A DNA stretch of 63,945 nucleotides, filler included, from Sandaracinaceae bacterium (GTDB lineage: Bacteria > Myxococcota_A > Polyangia > Polyangiales > JADJQN01), in assembly GCA_947483975.1 (NCBI GenBank). It is 6 parts of 6 records of this genome, joined end to end, with 100 filler letters (N's around TTAATTAATTAA, not from the genome) between each part and the next. Parts side by side here need not be neighbours in the genome. Positions count along the whole stretch, not along the records: positions 54,278 to 63,945 come from CANKOL010000194.1; 5 more parts are not named here. One strand, 5' to 3'. A program made the translations under genes and the position numbers. The notes under the pieces are model-generated. The model was not told the origin of the DNA. It made no database searches and saw nothing but the letters and a program-made list of their open reading frames with translations. Of the stretch, positions 54,879-63,945 are shown in pieces; the stretch's first letter is position 1, and each line of letters opens with the position of its first letter.

Positions 54879-55184
54879 TCAGACGTAGTCGCCGGCGACC
54901 TTCACGAGCACGTGCCGCGCGTGCGTGCGCGAGAGCACGACCTCGACGGTGTCCGTCGGGCAGCTGACGGTCCACACGAGCCAGCGCGCGACCAGGCGCA
55001 GCAGCTCCGAGTCCTCGAGCGCGGGCGCGCGGTCGGCGAGGCGCACGCCCCACTGCTCGTCGCCCGTGAAGAGCTCCGCGCGCGCGATCACGGCGCCGTC
55101 CGGCGCGACGAAGTCGTAGAAGCGCGGGGCGACCAGCGTGAAGGTCACGCGCTCGAGGTCCGACGGATCGAGGGCCATCGTCAT
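54879..55184 (-). CDS. Small hypothetical protein
   Basis: 101 aa ORF 3 bp downstream of prkA; codon usage fits the genome. Confidence 0.65.
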   Translation of the reverse strand: MTMALDPSDLERVTFTLVAPRFYDFVAPDGAVIARAELFTGDEQWGVRLADRAPALEDSELLRLVARWLVWTVSCPTDTVEVVLSRTHARHVLVKVAGDYV

Positions 55185-55187
55185 CGC

Positions 55188-57422
55188 TCAGCTCCGCGGG
55201 TAGCGCTGCTTGACGAGCTCGCCGAGGGCGTCGCGCGCGCAGCCGTCGCAGTAGCCGAACTTCGTCCGCAGCGCCTCGAGCGTCGTGTCCGCCGCGCGGC
55301 GGTTCTCGTGCTCGAGCGCGTCGCCGCCGAGCACCGCGAGCGAGTCGCGCACGATCACGCCGAGCTGCTTCTTGCGGTCGGCGAAGTACGCCTCCTTCAC
55401 GCGCGCGAGGTGCCGCGGGAAGGCGCTCACGTAGTCGACCTTCTCGCCGGGGTGATCGATCGCGTGCGCCGCGACGGCGCTGATCAGGTCCCGGCGGAAC
55501 GTCGTCGCGTCCTTGCCGACCTCGAGGATCTTCTCGATCGAGCCCATCAGCTCGGCGTCCGGCTCCTCGTTCTTGCCCGTGATCTTGTTGTAGATGCGCT
55601 CGTTCTTCACGGAGTACGAGACGTGGCTGACGTACCGCTCGAAGAGCTCCTTGTACTGCGACTCGTCGACGAGCCCGGTCGCCGTGCGCACCTCGTCATC
55701 GACGCGATCGAGCCAGCGCTCGCGCACCCTGCCGACGAACGCGTGGTGGTCCTGGTAGCCACCGTCGGGCTTCTCGTGGAGGAACTCGAAGTCGCCCTTC
55801 TCACAGAGCTCCTCGAGGCGATCGAGGACGCCGAGCGGCGAGAGGCAGGTGCGCCCGCCGTGCTGCGCGGCGTCGAGCAAGAGCATGCGCACCTCACGCG
55901 GCGACGCGCCCGTCACGCCCTCGTACGCGGCGACCGTCTCGAACTCCTCGTACACCGCGCGCATCCCGGCGTGCAGCACCTTCGCCTCGTCGCTCGAGAG
56001 CCGCGGCGGGACCACGCCCTGCGCGTAGAGCTCGGCCTTCTCGAGCGGCGTCAGCTCCGAGGCGATGCGCCCGAGCTTCGACAGCTCGTAGCGGTCCGCC
56101 TGCGGGCGTCGCAGGCGCGTCAGCACCGCCCAGAGCGCCGCGGTGTACGTCGCATGCGGGGCGATGTGCCGACGGATCTGCGGCACGAGCTGCGTGTCGT
56201 AGATCTGCTGCTCGAGCGTGTAATTGACGAGATACGGCGAGCGCACGAGCGTCAGGCGCCCGCGAAACGAGTTGAACTCGGGGTGCTCGCGGAACGCGCT
56301 CAGGTGCAGCTCGTTCGAGCTCGCGATCATCACCACGTTGAGCGGCAGCGTCGACTGCGTCAGCGCCGTCTCGCCGGTCTCGATGGCGAGGAGCAGATAC
56401 TTCCAAGCGTCGAGCGGGCGCTTCAGCAGATCGCTGTACTCGAGGACGCCGCCCGACGCCTCGACGAGCTCGCCCTGCACGTCGAAGAGCGCGAGCGAAG
56501 AGAGCGACGCGGGCAGCGCGCTCAGCGAGCGATCGGCCGTGATCTGGCGCTCCGACGCGTCGACGGCCATCTGCGGACCGATGGTGACGGCGCCCGCGCG
56601 ATAGCGGCGCGAGATGGTGAAGCGCTCGACCTGCACGTGCGCGAGCACCTTGCGCAGGTCGCCGCGATAGGCGACCAGCAGCGCGTGCAGGATCTGCTGA
56701 TTGCCGTGCCCTAGCTGCCCGCTGTGCAGCCAATCGGGCGCCGCCTCGCTGACGCCGGCGTCCGCGTAGAGCTTGCCGACGAGCGCGCGACGCTCGGCGA
56801 CGGGCAAGAGCTGCAGCGGGTGCTCGCGCAGCGGGCTCGCGAGCTTCGCGTCGATCTGCCCCTCGGCGAGGTGCGCGTAGCTGTCCCCGGGCGCGGGGTC
56901 CCCGCTGCTGCCGCCGAAGCCGATCGCCGCGCCCTCGCGCACGCCGCGCGGGAAGATCCACGAGAACGTGTACGCCGCGCCCTCGTCGAGCAGCGAGTAC
57001 GCCTCGAGCCCCTTGAGCACGCACGCGGCGAAGGTGCTCTTCGCGCTGCCGTTCGGCCCATGCAGCAACAAGAGGCGGTTCGAGCGCCCTTCCCGCGCGA
57101 AGTTCGAGAGCGTGCGGTAGAGCGTCTCCTGCACCTGCTCTTGCCCGACGAGGTACTCGCGCCGCGCGCCGTCGTGCTCGTCCTCGAACGGCAGATCGAA
57201 GAGGCGAAAGCGCCGCACCGTGCCCGTCGGTCGCTCGACGTCGTAGGTGCCGAAGTGATCGAGGCAGTCGCGCACGTAGCGCGCCGCGTCGCGCGTATGC
57301 CGCGCCGGATGCTTCGCGACGAGCTCGAGGTACTCCTCGAAGGAGAGCACCCGGCGCTCCGCCTCGTAGCGCTGACGAACCGCGGCACCGACCTGAGCGA
57401 GGACCTCGCGTATGTCGATCAT
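55188..57422 (-). CDS. prkA: PrkA-family AAA+ serine protein kinase
   Basis: LLLHGPNGSAKST Walker A, EYSDLLKRP, EGVTGASPRE, C-terminal FGYCDGCA. Confidence 0.88.
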   Translation of the reverse strand: MIDIREVLAQVGAAVRQRYEAERRVLSFEEYLELVAKHPARHTRDAARYVRDCLDHFGTYDVERPTGTVRRFRLFDLPFEDEHDGARREYLVGQEQVQETLYRTLSNFAREGRSNRLLLLHGPNGSAKSTFAACVLKGLEAYSLLDEGAAYTFSWIFPRGVREGAAIGFGGSSGDPAPGDSYAHLAEGQIDAKLASPLREHPLQLLPVAERRALVGKLYADAGVSEAAPDWLHSGQLGHGNQQILHALLVAYRGDLRKVLAHVQVERFTISRRYRAGAVTIGPQMAVDASERQITADRSLSALPASLSSLALFDVQGELVEASGGVLEYSDLLKRPLDAWKYLLLAIETGETALTQSTLPLNVVMIASSNELHLSAFREHPEFNSFRGRLTLVRSPYLVNYTLEQQIYDTQLVPQIRRHIAPHATYTAALWAVLTRLRRPQADRYELSKLGRIASELTPLEKAELYAQGVVPPRLSSDEAKVLHAGMRAVYEEFETVAAYEGVTGASPREVRMLLLDAAQHGGRTCLSPLGVLDRLEELCEKGDFEFLHEKPDGGYQDHHAFVGRVRERWLDRVDDEVRTATGLVDESQYKELFERYVSHVSYSVKNERIYNKITGKNEEPDAELMGSIEKILEVGKDATTFRRDLISAVAAHAIDHPGEKVDYVSAFPRHLARVKEAYFADRKKQLGVIVRDSLAVLGGDALEHENRRAADTTLEALRTKFGYCDGCARDALGELVKQRYPRS

Positions 57423-57465
57423 CGTCGAGCGAGCGTAGCAGGCCCGCGCAGGGCGGGCGGTCGAG

Positions 57466-58020
57466 CTACGGGACGACCGGGAGCACGACCGAGAGCGTGC
57501 GCTCGTCGGGCATGCAGCGCTCCGGCGTGCACACGGCGAAGCCGACGGTCAGCTGCACGCGCCGCTCGCCCTCGACCGCGGCAGTGAACGGCACCTCGAA
57601 GTGCGCCTTGGTCGGGCCGAAGTCCGCGGCGTCCGCGCGCGCGAGCGTCGCCTTCGGCAGCGTGACCTCGGCGGGCGCCGTGAGCTCGACGCGAATCGGA
57701 TACTCCTCGTTGACGTGGTAGCCAGCGCCCGGCGTCAGCGTGACGCCGAACGTCCCCGCCTGCCCCGCGTGATAGGGCCCGCCCGCGGTCGCGCGCAGCT
57801 CGAAGCCGACGTCGCGCACGGTCGCCCCATCGGCGACGGGCGGCGGAGCTTGGGTCGGCGCGGGTCCACCGGGGTGCCCGTTGGCGGCAGGCTCCGCGGG
57901 CGTCGGCGGCGTCGGAGTGTCGCTCGGCGACGCGGGAGCGGGCGCCTCATGGGAGCCGCAGCCCGCACCGAGGAGGGCCGCGACGAAGAGCAGAACGAGG
58001 AGCTTCGATGACGTCTTCAT
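57466..58020 (-). CDS. Lipoprotein with DsbD-N-terminal-like domain
   Basis: GAGC lipobox; PGAGYHVNEEYP...FAVCTPERC. Confidence 0.7.
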   Translation of the reverse strand: MKTSSKLLVLLFVAALLGAGCGSHEAPAPASPSDTPTPPTPAEPAANGHPGGPAPTQAPPPVADGATVRDVGFELRATAGGPYHAGQAGTFGVTLTPGAGYHVNEEYPIRVELTAPAEVTLPKATLARADAADFGPTKAHFEVPFTAAVEGERRVQLTVGFAVCTPERCMPDERTLSVVLPVVP

Positions 58021-58060
58021 GCTGCCCCCACGATTAGCACAAGCTGCTAGCGTCGGTCCC

Positions 58061-58693
58061 GTGCCCGTCGCCCGGACGCTCTGCGCCGTCGTCTTCGTCC
58101 TCACCGCGAGCGCGTGCGGCGCGTCGTTCGAGCCCTGCCGTGGCGAGGCGTCGTGCCCGGCGGGCACGGTCTGCGAGGCGTCCGGCGAGTGCCGCCCGCT
58201 CGCGCTCGACCCAGTGATCCGCACGGCGCGCGCGACCTGGCTCCTGCCGAACGTGGCGCGGGCCTTCCCGACGAGCGCCGATGCGGGCGACGCGATTCGC
58301 CTCGGCGGGGACTCGCGCGCGGCGCTCTTCCTCTCGTTTGGGCCGCTCCCCGACGACGCGCGCGACGCGACCGCCGCGCTCTTGCTGACGCCGCACGCGT
58401 CGTTCACGCGCCCGACGGGCCCGCTCACGCTGGTCGTCGATCGGGTGCGCCCGCTCTCGAGCAACACGCTGCCTGAGCCCATCACGAGGCGCGCTGGCAC
58501 CCGCGCCCTCGGGCCCGACTCGCGCGGTGTGATTCGCATCGATCTGAGCGCGCTCGTGCGCGAAGCGTCGCGCGCCGGGGTGCGCACGCTCGACCTCGCG
58601 TTGCGCGCGGAGGGCGACGCCGCGTTCCGCCTCGCGTCGCCCGCGAGCCTCGACCGGGACGCACGTCCGCGCCTCGAGGTGCTGGTGCCGTAG
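58061..58693 (+). CDS. Hypothetical lipoprotein
   Basis: ASAC lipobox, small Cys module, C-terminal RPRLEV. Confidence 0.65.
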   Translation: MPVARTLCAVVFVLTASACGASFEPCRGEASCPAGTVCEASGECRPLALDPVIRTARATWLLPNVARAFPTSADAGDAIRLGGDSRAALFLSFGPLPDDARDATAALLLTPHASFTRPTGPLTLVVDRVRPLSSNTLPEPITRRAGTRALGPDSRGVIRIDLSALVREASRAGVRTLDLALRAEGDAAFRLASPASLDRDARPRLEVLVP

Positions 58694-58780
58694 GCCTTCG
58701 AGAGGTCGGCGACCGTCGATGTCGCCAGGAGTCGAAGGCCAGCGGACGCGCCCAGCGCCCCGTGGTAAGCCCGCGCCGCC

Positions 58781-59695
58781 ATGGACAACCGTCTCGCACC
58801 GGTGCTGCTCGCCGCGCTCTCTCTCGTCGTGGCTTGCTCGCCTCCGACACCGCAGCAACGCGAGTGCCCGCCTCCCCCGAGCGTCGCGCCCGCCGTCGTC
58901 GGCGGAGACATCGTCGCGACGGTCGACGGCGCGAAGATCACGCGTCTCGATGTGCGGACGGCGATGGCCAACCAGCCGGAGCTCCTGACGGGGGTCCCTC
59001 CGCTCAGCGCCGAGGCGACGCTCGAGCAGGTGATCGACCTCGAGGTGCTCGCTCAGCGCGCTCGCGCCGCGCACCTCGAGCAGGGCGCCGCGTTTCGCGA
59101 GGAGCGCGCCAGGCGCATGGCCCAGTTCGACGCCTGGGAGCGCGAGGAACTCGGACAGCTCTACGAGCGAGAGGAGGCGACCCACCTCCCGCCCGTGACC
59201 GAGGCGCAGGCGCGGCAGTACTTCGACGCGAACGCGCCACGGCTCCGCGCGGAGACGCGCGTCGGCAGGATCGTGCTCCACGACGAGGTGACCGCCGAAG
59301 CCGCGCTCCGAGACCTTCGAGCCGGAGCGAGCTTCGACGAGGTCGCCGCGCGCGAGCTCCCCGCGACCGAGGACCGCGCGAGCAAACCCTGGGAGCTCGC
59401 CTTCCTGGGTCGGGACCAGATGCCGGAGCAGTGGCCCGCGGTCCTCGATGGACTCGAGGTGGGCCAGACGAGCGAGGTCATCCCCGGGGGCGGAACACGG
59501 TTCTGGATCCTCAAGGTGCTCGAGCGCCGCGACAACCCGTCGCTCACGTTCGAGGCAGTCCTGCCCCAGGTCGCCCGTCGCCTGCACGCCGAGGAAGAGA
59601 CGGCCGCTCGCGACCGCACGCGCCGCGATGCGCGGGCGGCGGCCCACGTCGTCTACGCGCGACCACCGTTCTCGCCGACGCCTCCCGCTCGCTGA
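58781..59695 (+). CDS. PpiC/SurA-type peptidyl-prolyl isomerase lipoprotein
   Basis: VVAC lipobox; VATVDGAKIT, GASFDEVAAR, LEVGQTSEVI, FWILKV. Confidence 0.8.
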   Translation: MDNRLAPVLLAALSLVVACSPPTPQQRECPPPPSVAPAVVGGDIVATVDGAKITRLDVRTAMANQPELLTGVPPLSAEATLEQVIDLEVLAQRARAAHLEQGAAFREERARRMAQFDAWEREELGQLYEREEATHLPPVTEAQARQYFDANAPRLRAETRVGRIVLHDEVTAEAALRDLRAGASFDEVAARELPATEDRASKPWELAFLGRDQMPEQWPAVLDGLEVGQTSEVIPGGGTRFWILKVLERRDNPSLTFEAVLPQVARRLHAEEETAARDRTRRDARAAAHVVYARPPFSPTPPAR

Positions 59696-59789
59696 CGAGT
59701 CGAGCCCCGCTCACCGCAGGAGCGCCCGGGGGCTCGCGGCGCCTGCCCTCATGCGCACGCGCAGTCTTGCCCGAAACCAGCGAGCGGCA

Positions 59790-61015
59790 CCGGCGACGTC
59801 GCGGAGGCGTGCACCGGCACCACGGCGGCATGTCCCGCCGACGGCCTTCGCGCGGCGGGCTTCGTGTGTCGCGCGGCCGCCGGCCAGTGCGACGTCGCCG
59901 AGGCCTGCACGGGGATGCTCGCGACCTGCCCGACGGATGCCTTCGCGTCCACGGGCACGGTCTGCACCGGCGGCAGCTGCAGCGTCGGTGGGGTATGCAG
60001 CTCGAGCTGCATCCCTGGCGTCGCCTGCGCCACCGCGAATGCCTGCGAGGACGGCGCAGTCTCGTGCACGACTGGCGCACCAGTCTGCGTCGGGAGCGTT
60101 CCCAAGGTGGCTGGCGCGTCCTGCCGCGCGGCGGCCGGCCCGTGTGACGCCGCCGAGGTCTGCTCCGGATCTGCGGTGACCTGCCCGGCCGACGATTTCG
60201 CTAGCGCGACCACCACTTGCCGAGCTTCGGCCAGGGCCTGTGACGCGGCTGAGACGTGCTCGGGCTCGACGGCCGCCTGGCCTGCGAATCTCTTCGCGAG
60301 CGCCGCGACCGTCTGCCGCGCGGCGGTCGGAACCTGCGACGTCGCCGAAGCCTGCACCGGCACCGGCGCGGCGTGCCCCGCCGACGCTTACCTCGCGGCC
60401 GACGTCGTCTGTCGAGCCTCGGCGGGAACCTGCGACCTCGCAGAAGCCTGTTCGGGGTCCAGCGGCACCGCCCCTGCGTGCCCGAGCGATGCCTTCGCCT
60501 CGGGAACGACCGAGTGCCGCCCGGCGGCGTCCGATTGCGACGTCGCGGAGAGCTGCTCCGGCCGTGCGCCCGCCTGTCCCGTGGATGCGTATCTGGCGGA
60601 CGCGACCCCCTGCAGCGACGGGCTCAGCTGCAACGAAGCTGAGTTCTGCACCGTCGGCGCGTGCGGCGGCGGCATGGCCACCGATTGCGACGACGGTGAC
60701 CCCTGCACGGCTGACAGCTGCGCGGAGCCCGACGGCTGCGCGAACGTCGCCATCGACGGCTGCCTCCCCGACGGTGGCGTCGATGACGGCGGCGTCGATG
60801 ACGCGGGTCCGGCCCTCGACGCCCCCGTCGATGGCTCAATCCTCGACGGTGCCGCCGCCGACGCAGCAACTCCCGCCCCGGCGGGCAAGGGTGGCTGCTC
60901 CTGCACCACGGCTGGCGCGACCGACGCCCGACGCTCCGCAGCGGGGGGCGCGTGGCTCGCGGTCTTCGCGATGGCCGGCGTGACCGCGCTCAGGCGCCGC
61001 CGCAACCGCCGCTGA
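59790..61015 (+). pseudogene. 5'-truncated disintegrin-like Cys-rich repeat protein with MYXO-CTERM tail
   Basis: CR.A.G.CD.AE.C.G....CP.D repeats; GGCSC...AWLAVFAMAGVTALRRRRNRR*; no signal peptide before the in-frame stop at 59693-95; one repeat has CPAD changed to WPAN. Confidence 0.6.
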
Positions 61016-61241
61016 CGGCACCCGTCACCGAGCAGCAGCAGCCGCGGAGATCGCGACCAAGCGGCTCGGCGCAGCTCTCTCCCGGGGGACTCACGGGCGC
61101 GCGGCGCCTGGGGTCCCGAGGGAGGCGTCGCCACGGGCCGCCCGCGAGCGCCCGCGCGACGGGGAGAATCCGCTCAGCGAGGCTGCGCGATGTGGAGCAC
61201 CCTCTTGCCCCGCCCTGCCGGGCCCCGCATTCTGCCCGCCA

Positions 61242-62369
61242 GTGAGCGCCCCGCACGACCACGACGACGAGCACGACGGGCACGCGCACCCGCACGGCGA
61301 GCACGACCACGGCGGGCACGTTCACTCGCACGGCGCGCACGACGAGCACGACCACGCGACCGCGCACGTGCACACGGCGCGCGATGCGCACGACCACGCG
61401 GGGCACGACCACGCCGAGCACGGGCACGGCGCCCATGGGCACTCGCACATCTCGCCGGACACGCCGCGGAAGGCGCTCGCGATCGCGCTCGGCCTGACGC
61501 TCAGCTTCATGGCCGTCGAGGTCGGCGTCGGCCTCTGGACGCACAGCCTCTCTCTGCTCGCGGACGCCGGGCACATGCTCAGCGACGCCGCGGGGCTCAT
61601 CGCCTCGCTCATCGTCGCGAACATCGCGCTCCGACCGAGATCGGCGCGCAACACGTATGGCTTCCGGCGCGCGGAGGTGCTCGCGGCGCTGCTCAACGCG
61701 GCGCTGCTCGCCTTCGCGGCCATCGCGATCATCCACGAGGCGGTGGACCGCTTCGCCGACCCGCCGGAGGTGAACGGCAGCGGGATGCTCCTGACCGCGG
61801 GCGGTGGGCTCGTCGTGAACCTCGTCGCGGCTTGGGTGCTGCACAGGCAGGGAGGCGGCGGGCTCAACGTGCGCAGCGCGTTCCTGCACGTCGTCGGGGA
61901 CGCGCTCGGCTCGGTCGCGGCTATCGTCGCGGGCGTCACCGTCGTGCTGACGGGTTGGCGGCTCGCGGACCCGATCGCGTCGGTCGCCATCACCGTGCTG
62001 CTCGTCTACGGCGTGTGGCATCTGCTGCGCGAGGCGGCGGAGCTGATCATGGAGACGGCGCCGGAGCACGTGGACACGGTGGCGCTCGAGCGCGCCATAC
62101 AGGAGACGCCGGGCGTCGCGAGCGTGCACGATCTGCACGTCTGGTCGCTGTCGGCAGGCGACATCGTGCTGACGGCGCACGTCGTGCTCGCGCGCGGCGC
62201 GCACGGGACGCAGGTCGCCTGCGCGGTCGGCGAGGTGCTGCGCGAGCGCTTCCAGATCACGCACTCGACCATTCAGCCCGAGCCGCCCGAGGCCGAGCTC
62301 GTCCTGCTCCGCACGAAGCAGCAGCGCGCGGCTGCGGCGACGTCGGAGACGGCGCGCGCGCAGTCGTAG
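61242..62369 (+). CDS. czcD: Cation diffusion facilitator (CzcD/ZitB-like) with long His-rich N-terminus
   Basis: LLADAGHMLSD, TYGFRRAE, FLHVVGDAL, VHDLHVW, THSTIQPE. Confidence 0.9.
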   Translation: MSAPHDHDDEHDGHAHPHGEHDHGGHVHSHGAHDEHDHATAHVHTARDAHDHAGHDHAEHGHGAHGHSHISPDTPRKALAIALGLTLSFMAVEVGVGLWTHSLSLLADAGHMLSDAAGLIASLIVANIALRPRSARNTYGFRRAEVLAALLNAALLAFAAIAIIHEAVDRFADPPEVNGSGMLLTAGGGLVVNLVAAWVLHRQGGGGLNVRSAFLHVVGDALGSVAAIVAGVTVVLTGWRLADPIASVAITVLLVYGVWHLLREAAELIMETAPEHVDTVALERAIQETPGVASVHDLHVWSLSAGDIVLTAHVVLARGAHGTQVACAVGEVLRERFQITHSTIQPEPPEAELVLLRTKQQRAAAATSETARAQS

Positions 62370-62374
62370 CGCGC

Positions 62375-63451
62375 TCAGCGGACGAGCAACCGAAGCCCGT
62401 GCCCGTCGAGGTCGCGCACCTCGACGTACGACGGGCACGCGGGGAAGTGCAGGAGCCAGCTGAGCTCGACCGAAGCCGAGGCGAACGGCTCTGGCTCGAG
62501 CGTCAGCCAGGCGTATCGGAAGTCATCGAGGCGCGCGAGCGTGGTCGCGTCCATGCCGCGACGCTCGACGAAGCCGAGCGCGCCGAGGTTCGTCTCGATC
62601 ACGTCGAGGTCGAGGTCACCGCGGCCGGCGGCGTAGCGCACCGTGCAGGCGTCGCCGCCGACGGCGGGCACCTGCTCGAGCCGAATCGCGTCCTCGTTCG
62701 GCGCCGAGATGAAGAGGAACGGATGCACGTGCGGATCGAAGCCGAGCCCGCACCTCGAGGTCGGGTGCGCGGACTGATACTGGAACGAGCAATACGCGCC
62801 GAGCCGCAGCTCGAAGTGAAGGTGCGGAGAGTTCGCGTCGCCCGTCTGCCCGAGCGTGCCCACAGGCTCACCGCTCCGAACGCTCTGACCGACCGTCACG
62901 CCGATCGTGTCGAGGTGTTGGTAGACCGCGTAGAGGCGCGTCAGCGACTGCCCGTGGAACACGACGGGCGCAGCCAAGGTGTGGAGCACGACGACGACGT
63001 TGCCGTTCGTGGGGAAGTCCGCGCTGCCTACCGCATAGACCGCGTCGACTGTGCCGTCGCCGATCGCGAGCACGGGCGTACCGATCTCCCCGAAGTAGTC
63101 GATCCCCGGGTGGAAGTCCGTGCGCGCCGCGCCGAGCTTCCAGCGCGGGCCGAAGGTCGACGAGATCTGCTCGGCGAGAGCGACGGGCGCCTGAAAGACG
63201 CGCATCCCCGCGAGCGTCGGCGAGCCGAGCGCGCGCGTCGCCGCCGTCGCGTCGGGTACTTCTGCGTCGGATAGCGCTGCGTCGGCGATGGCCGCGTCGC
63301 GCGCGGCGCCCTCGTCGACGCCCGAGCCTGCATCCGCGCAGGGCACCGCACAGTGGGGCGCTGGCTCACAGCCGGTGACTCCGAGCGGCCAGAGGAGCGC
63401 GAGGAGCGCGAAGGCTCGAGCTGCCGCGCGGGACCTCGGCCCATGAGGCAC
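62375..63451 (-). CDS. M23-family metallopeptidase lipoprotein
   Basis: FHPGID, YQHL, GQTGDANSPHLHFE; VTGC lipobox; start uncertain. Confidence 0.85.
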   Translation of the reverse strand: MPHGPRSRAAARAFALLALLWPLGVTGCEPAPHCAVPCADAGSGVDEGAARDAAIADAALSDAEVPDATAATRALGSPTLAGMRVFQAPVALAEQISSTFGPRWKLGAARTDFHPGIDYFGEIGTPVLAIGDGTVDAVYAVGSADFPTNGNVVVVLHTLAAPVVFHGQSLTRLYAVYQHLDTIGVTVGQSVRSGEPVGTLGQTGDANSPHLHFELRLGAYCSFQYQSAHPTSRCGLGFDPHVHPFLFISAPNEDAIRLEQVPAVGGDACTVRYAAGRGDLDLDVIETNLGALGFVERRGMDATTLARLDDFRYAWLTLEPEPFASASVELSWLLHFPACPSYVEVRDLDGHGLRLLVR

Positions 63452-63515
63452 CGACCCAAGCCGAGCGCCCGACGCGCAGACGCCGACGCTGCCCGACGCG
63501 CCGCGCGCGGTGCGT

Positions 63516-63945
63516 TCAGCGCAGCCCACGCAGCGCCCCCCAGCTCGCGCCGCCGTCGAGCGTCTCGAGCGCGCGAACGTCCGTGCCCTCGCGAGTCACG
63601 ACCAAGATGCGCCCGTTGCGCGCCGCGAGCCTCGGCGCGCCGCAGAGCCCCGTGCCGTCGTCCCAGCACGCCGCGGGGACGACGGCGTCACCCACGGTTC
63701 GGCCGCGCGCGTCGACCTCGACGACCTCGACGTGCCCGACACGCACCGAGTACGCGATCACCCCGTGTCCCTCGTCGCGCGCGGCGTCGAGCGCCGCCGT
63801 GCGAGGCAAGTCGCGGAGCACGCCGACGCGACAATCGTTCGCGGCTCGACACGCGAGCAGCCTCGCGCCGCCCGCCCGCAGCGGCGCGACGAGCAGCGCC
63901 CCGCGCGCATCGCAGCGCAGCACGGCGCGCGCCTCGTCGAGCTCG
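63516..63945 (-). CDS. Partial hypothetical protein (3' end)
   Basis: Frame open to window end; terminal ETLDGGASW Asp-box-like motif. Confidence 0.55.
   Translation of the reverse strand, partial: ELDEARAVLRCDARGALLVAPLRAGGARLLACRAANDCRVGVLRDLPRTAALDAARDEGHGVIAYSVRVGHVEVVEVDARGRTVGDAVVPAACWDDGTGLCGAPRLAARNGRILVVTREGTDVRALETLDGGASWGALRGLR

Overview
Very GC-rich DNA whose gene content (MYXO-CTERM tail, Myxococcus-type Cys-rich repeats, HEAT/CheR/CheB cluster, PrkA) points to a myxobacterium (Polyangiales/Sandaracinaceae-like; inference). The window is not contiguous. It consists of six ~10-11 kb contigs joined by artificial N44-TTAATTAATTAA-N44 linkers (10839-10938, 21743-21842, 32568-32667, 43380-43479, 54178-54277). 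The four internal contigs fall in descending length order, so adjacency across linkers is meaningless. Most of it is ordinary chromosomal content: pyrD, corA, KirBac channel, ABC permeases, ftsB, diguanylate cyclase, prs, polyprenyl synthase, YfgM/BamB-like pair, chemosensory genes, rnd, speB, pdxJ, prkA, CDF transporter and many lipoproteins. The notable items are: a candidate Xer dif site (35164-35191) next to a 32-bp direct-repeat array; a separate 41-42-bp-periodic array of short palindromes with unique spacers (38641-38900); the 5' end of a probable group II intron at a contig end; a Cys-rich surface protein that appears to carry an internal MYXO-CTERM-like tail followed directly by a lipoprotein signal; a CHASE2-like/PgsC-like operon; an HExxH RiPP-type enzyme; a promoter-overlapping operator palindrome; and two pseudogene remnants. 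All family calls come from motif recognition by eye, not database searches.
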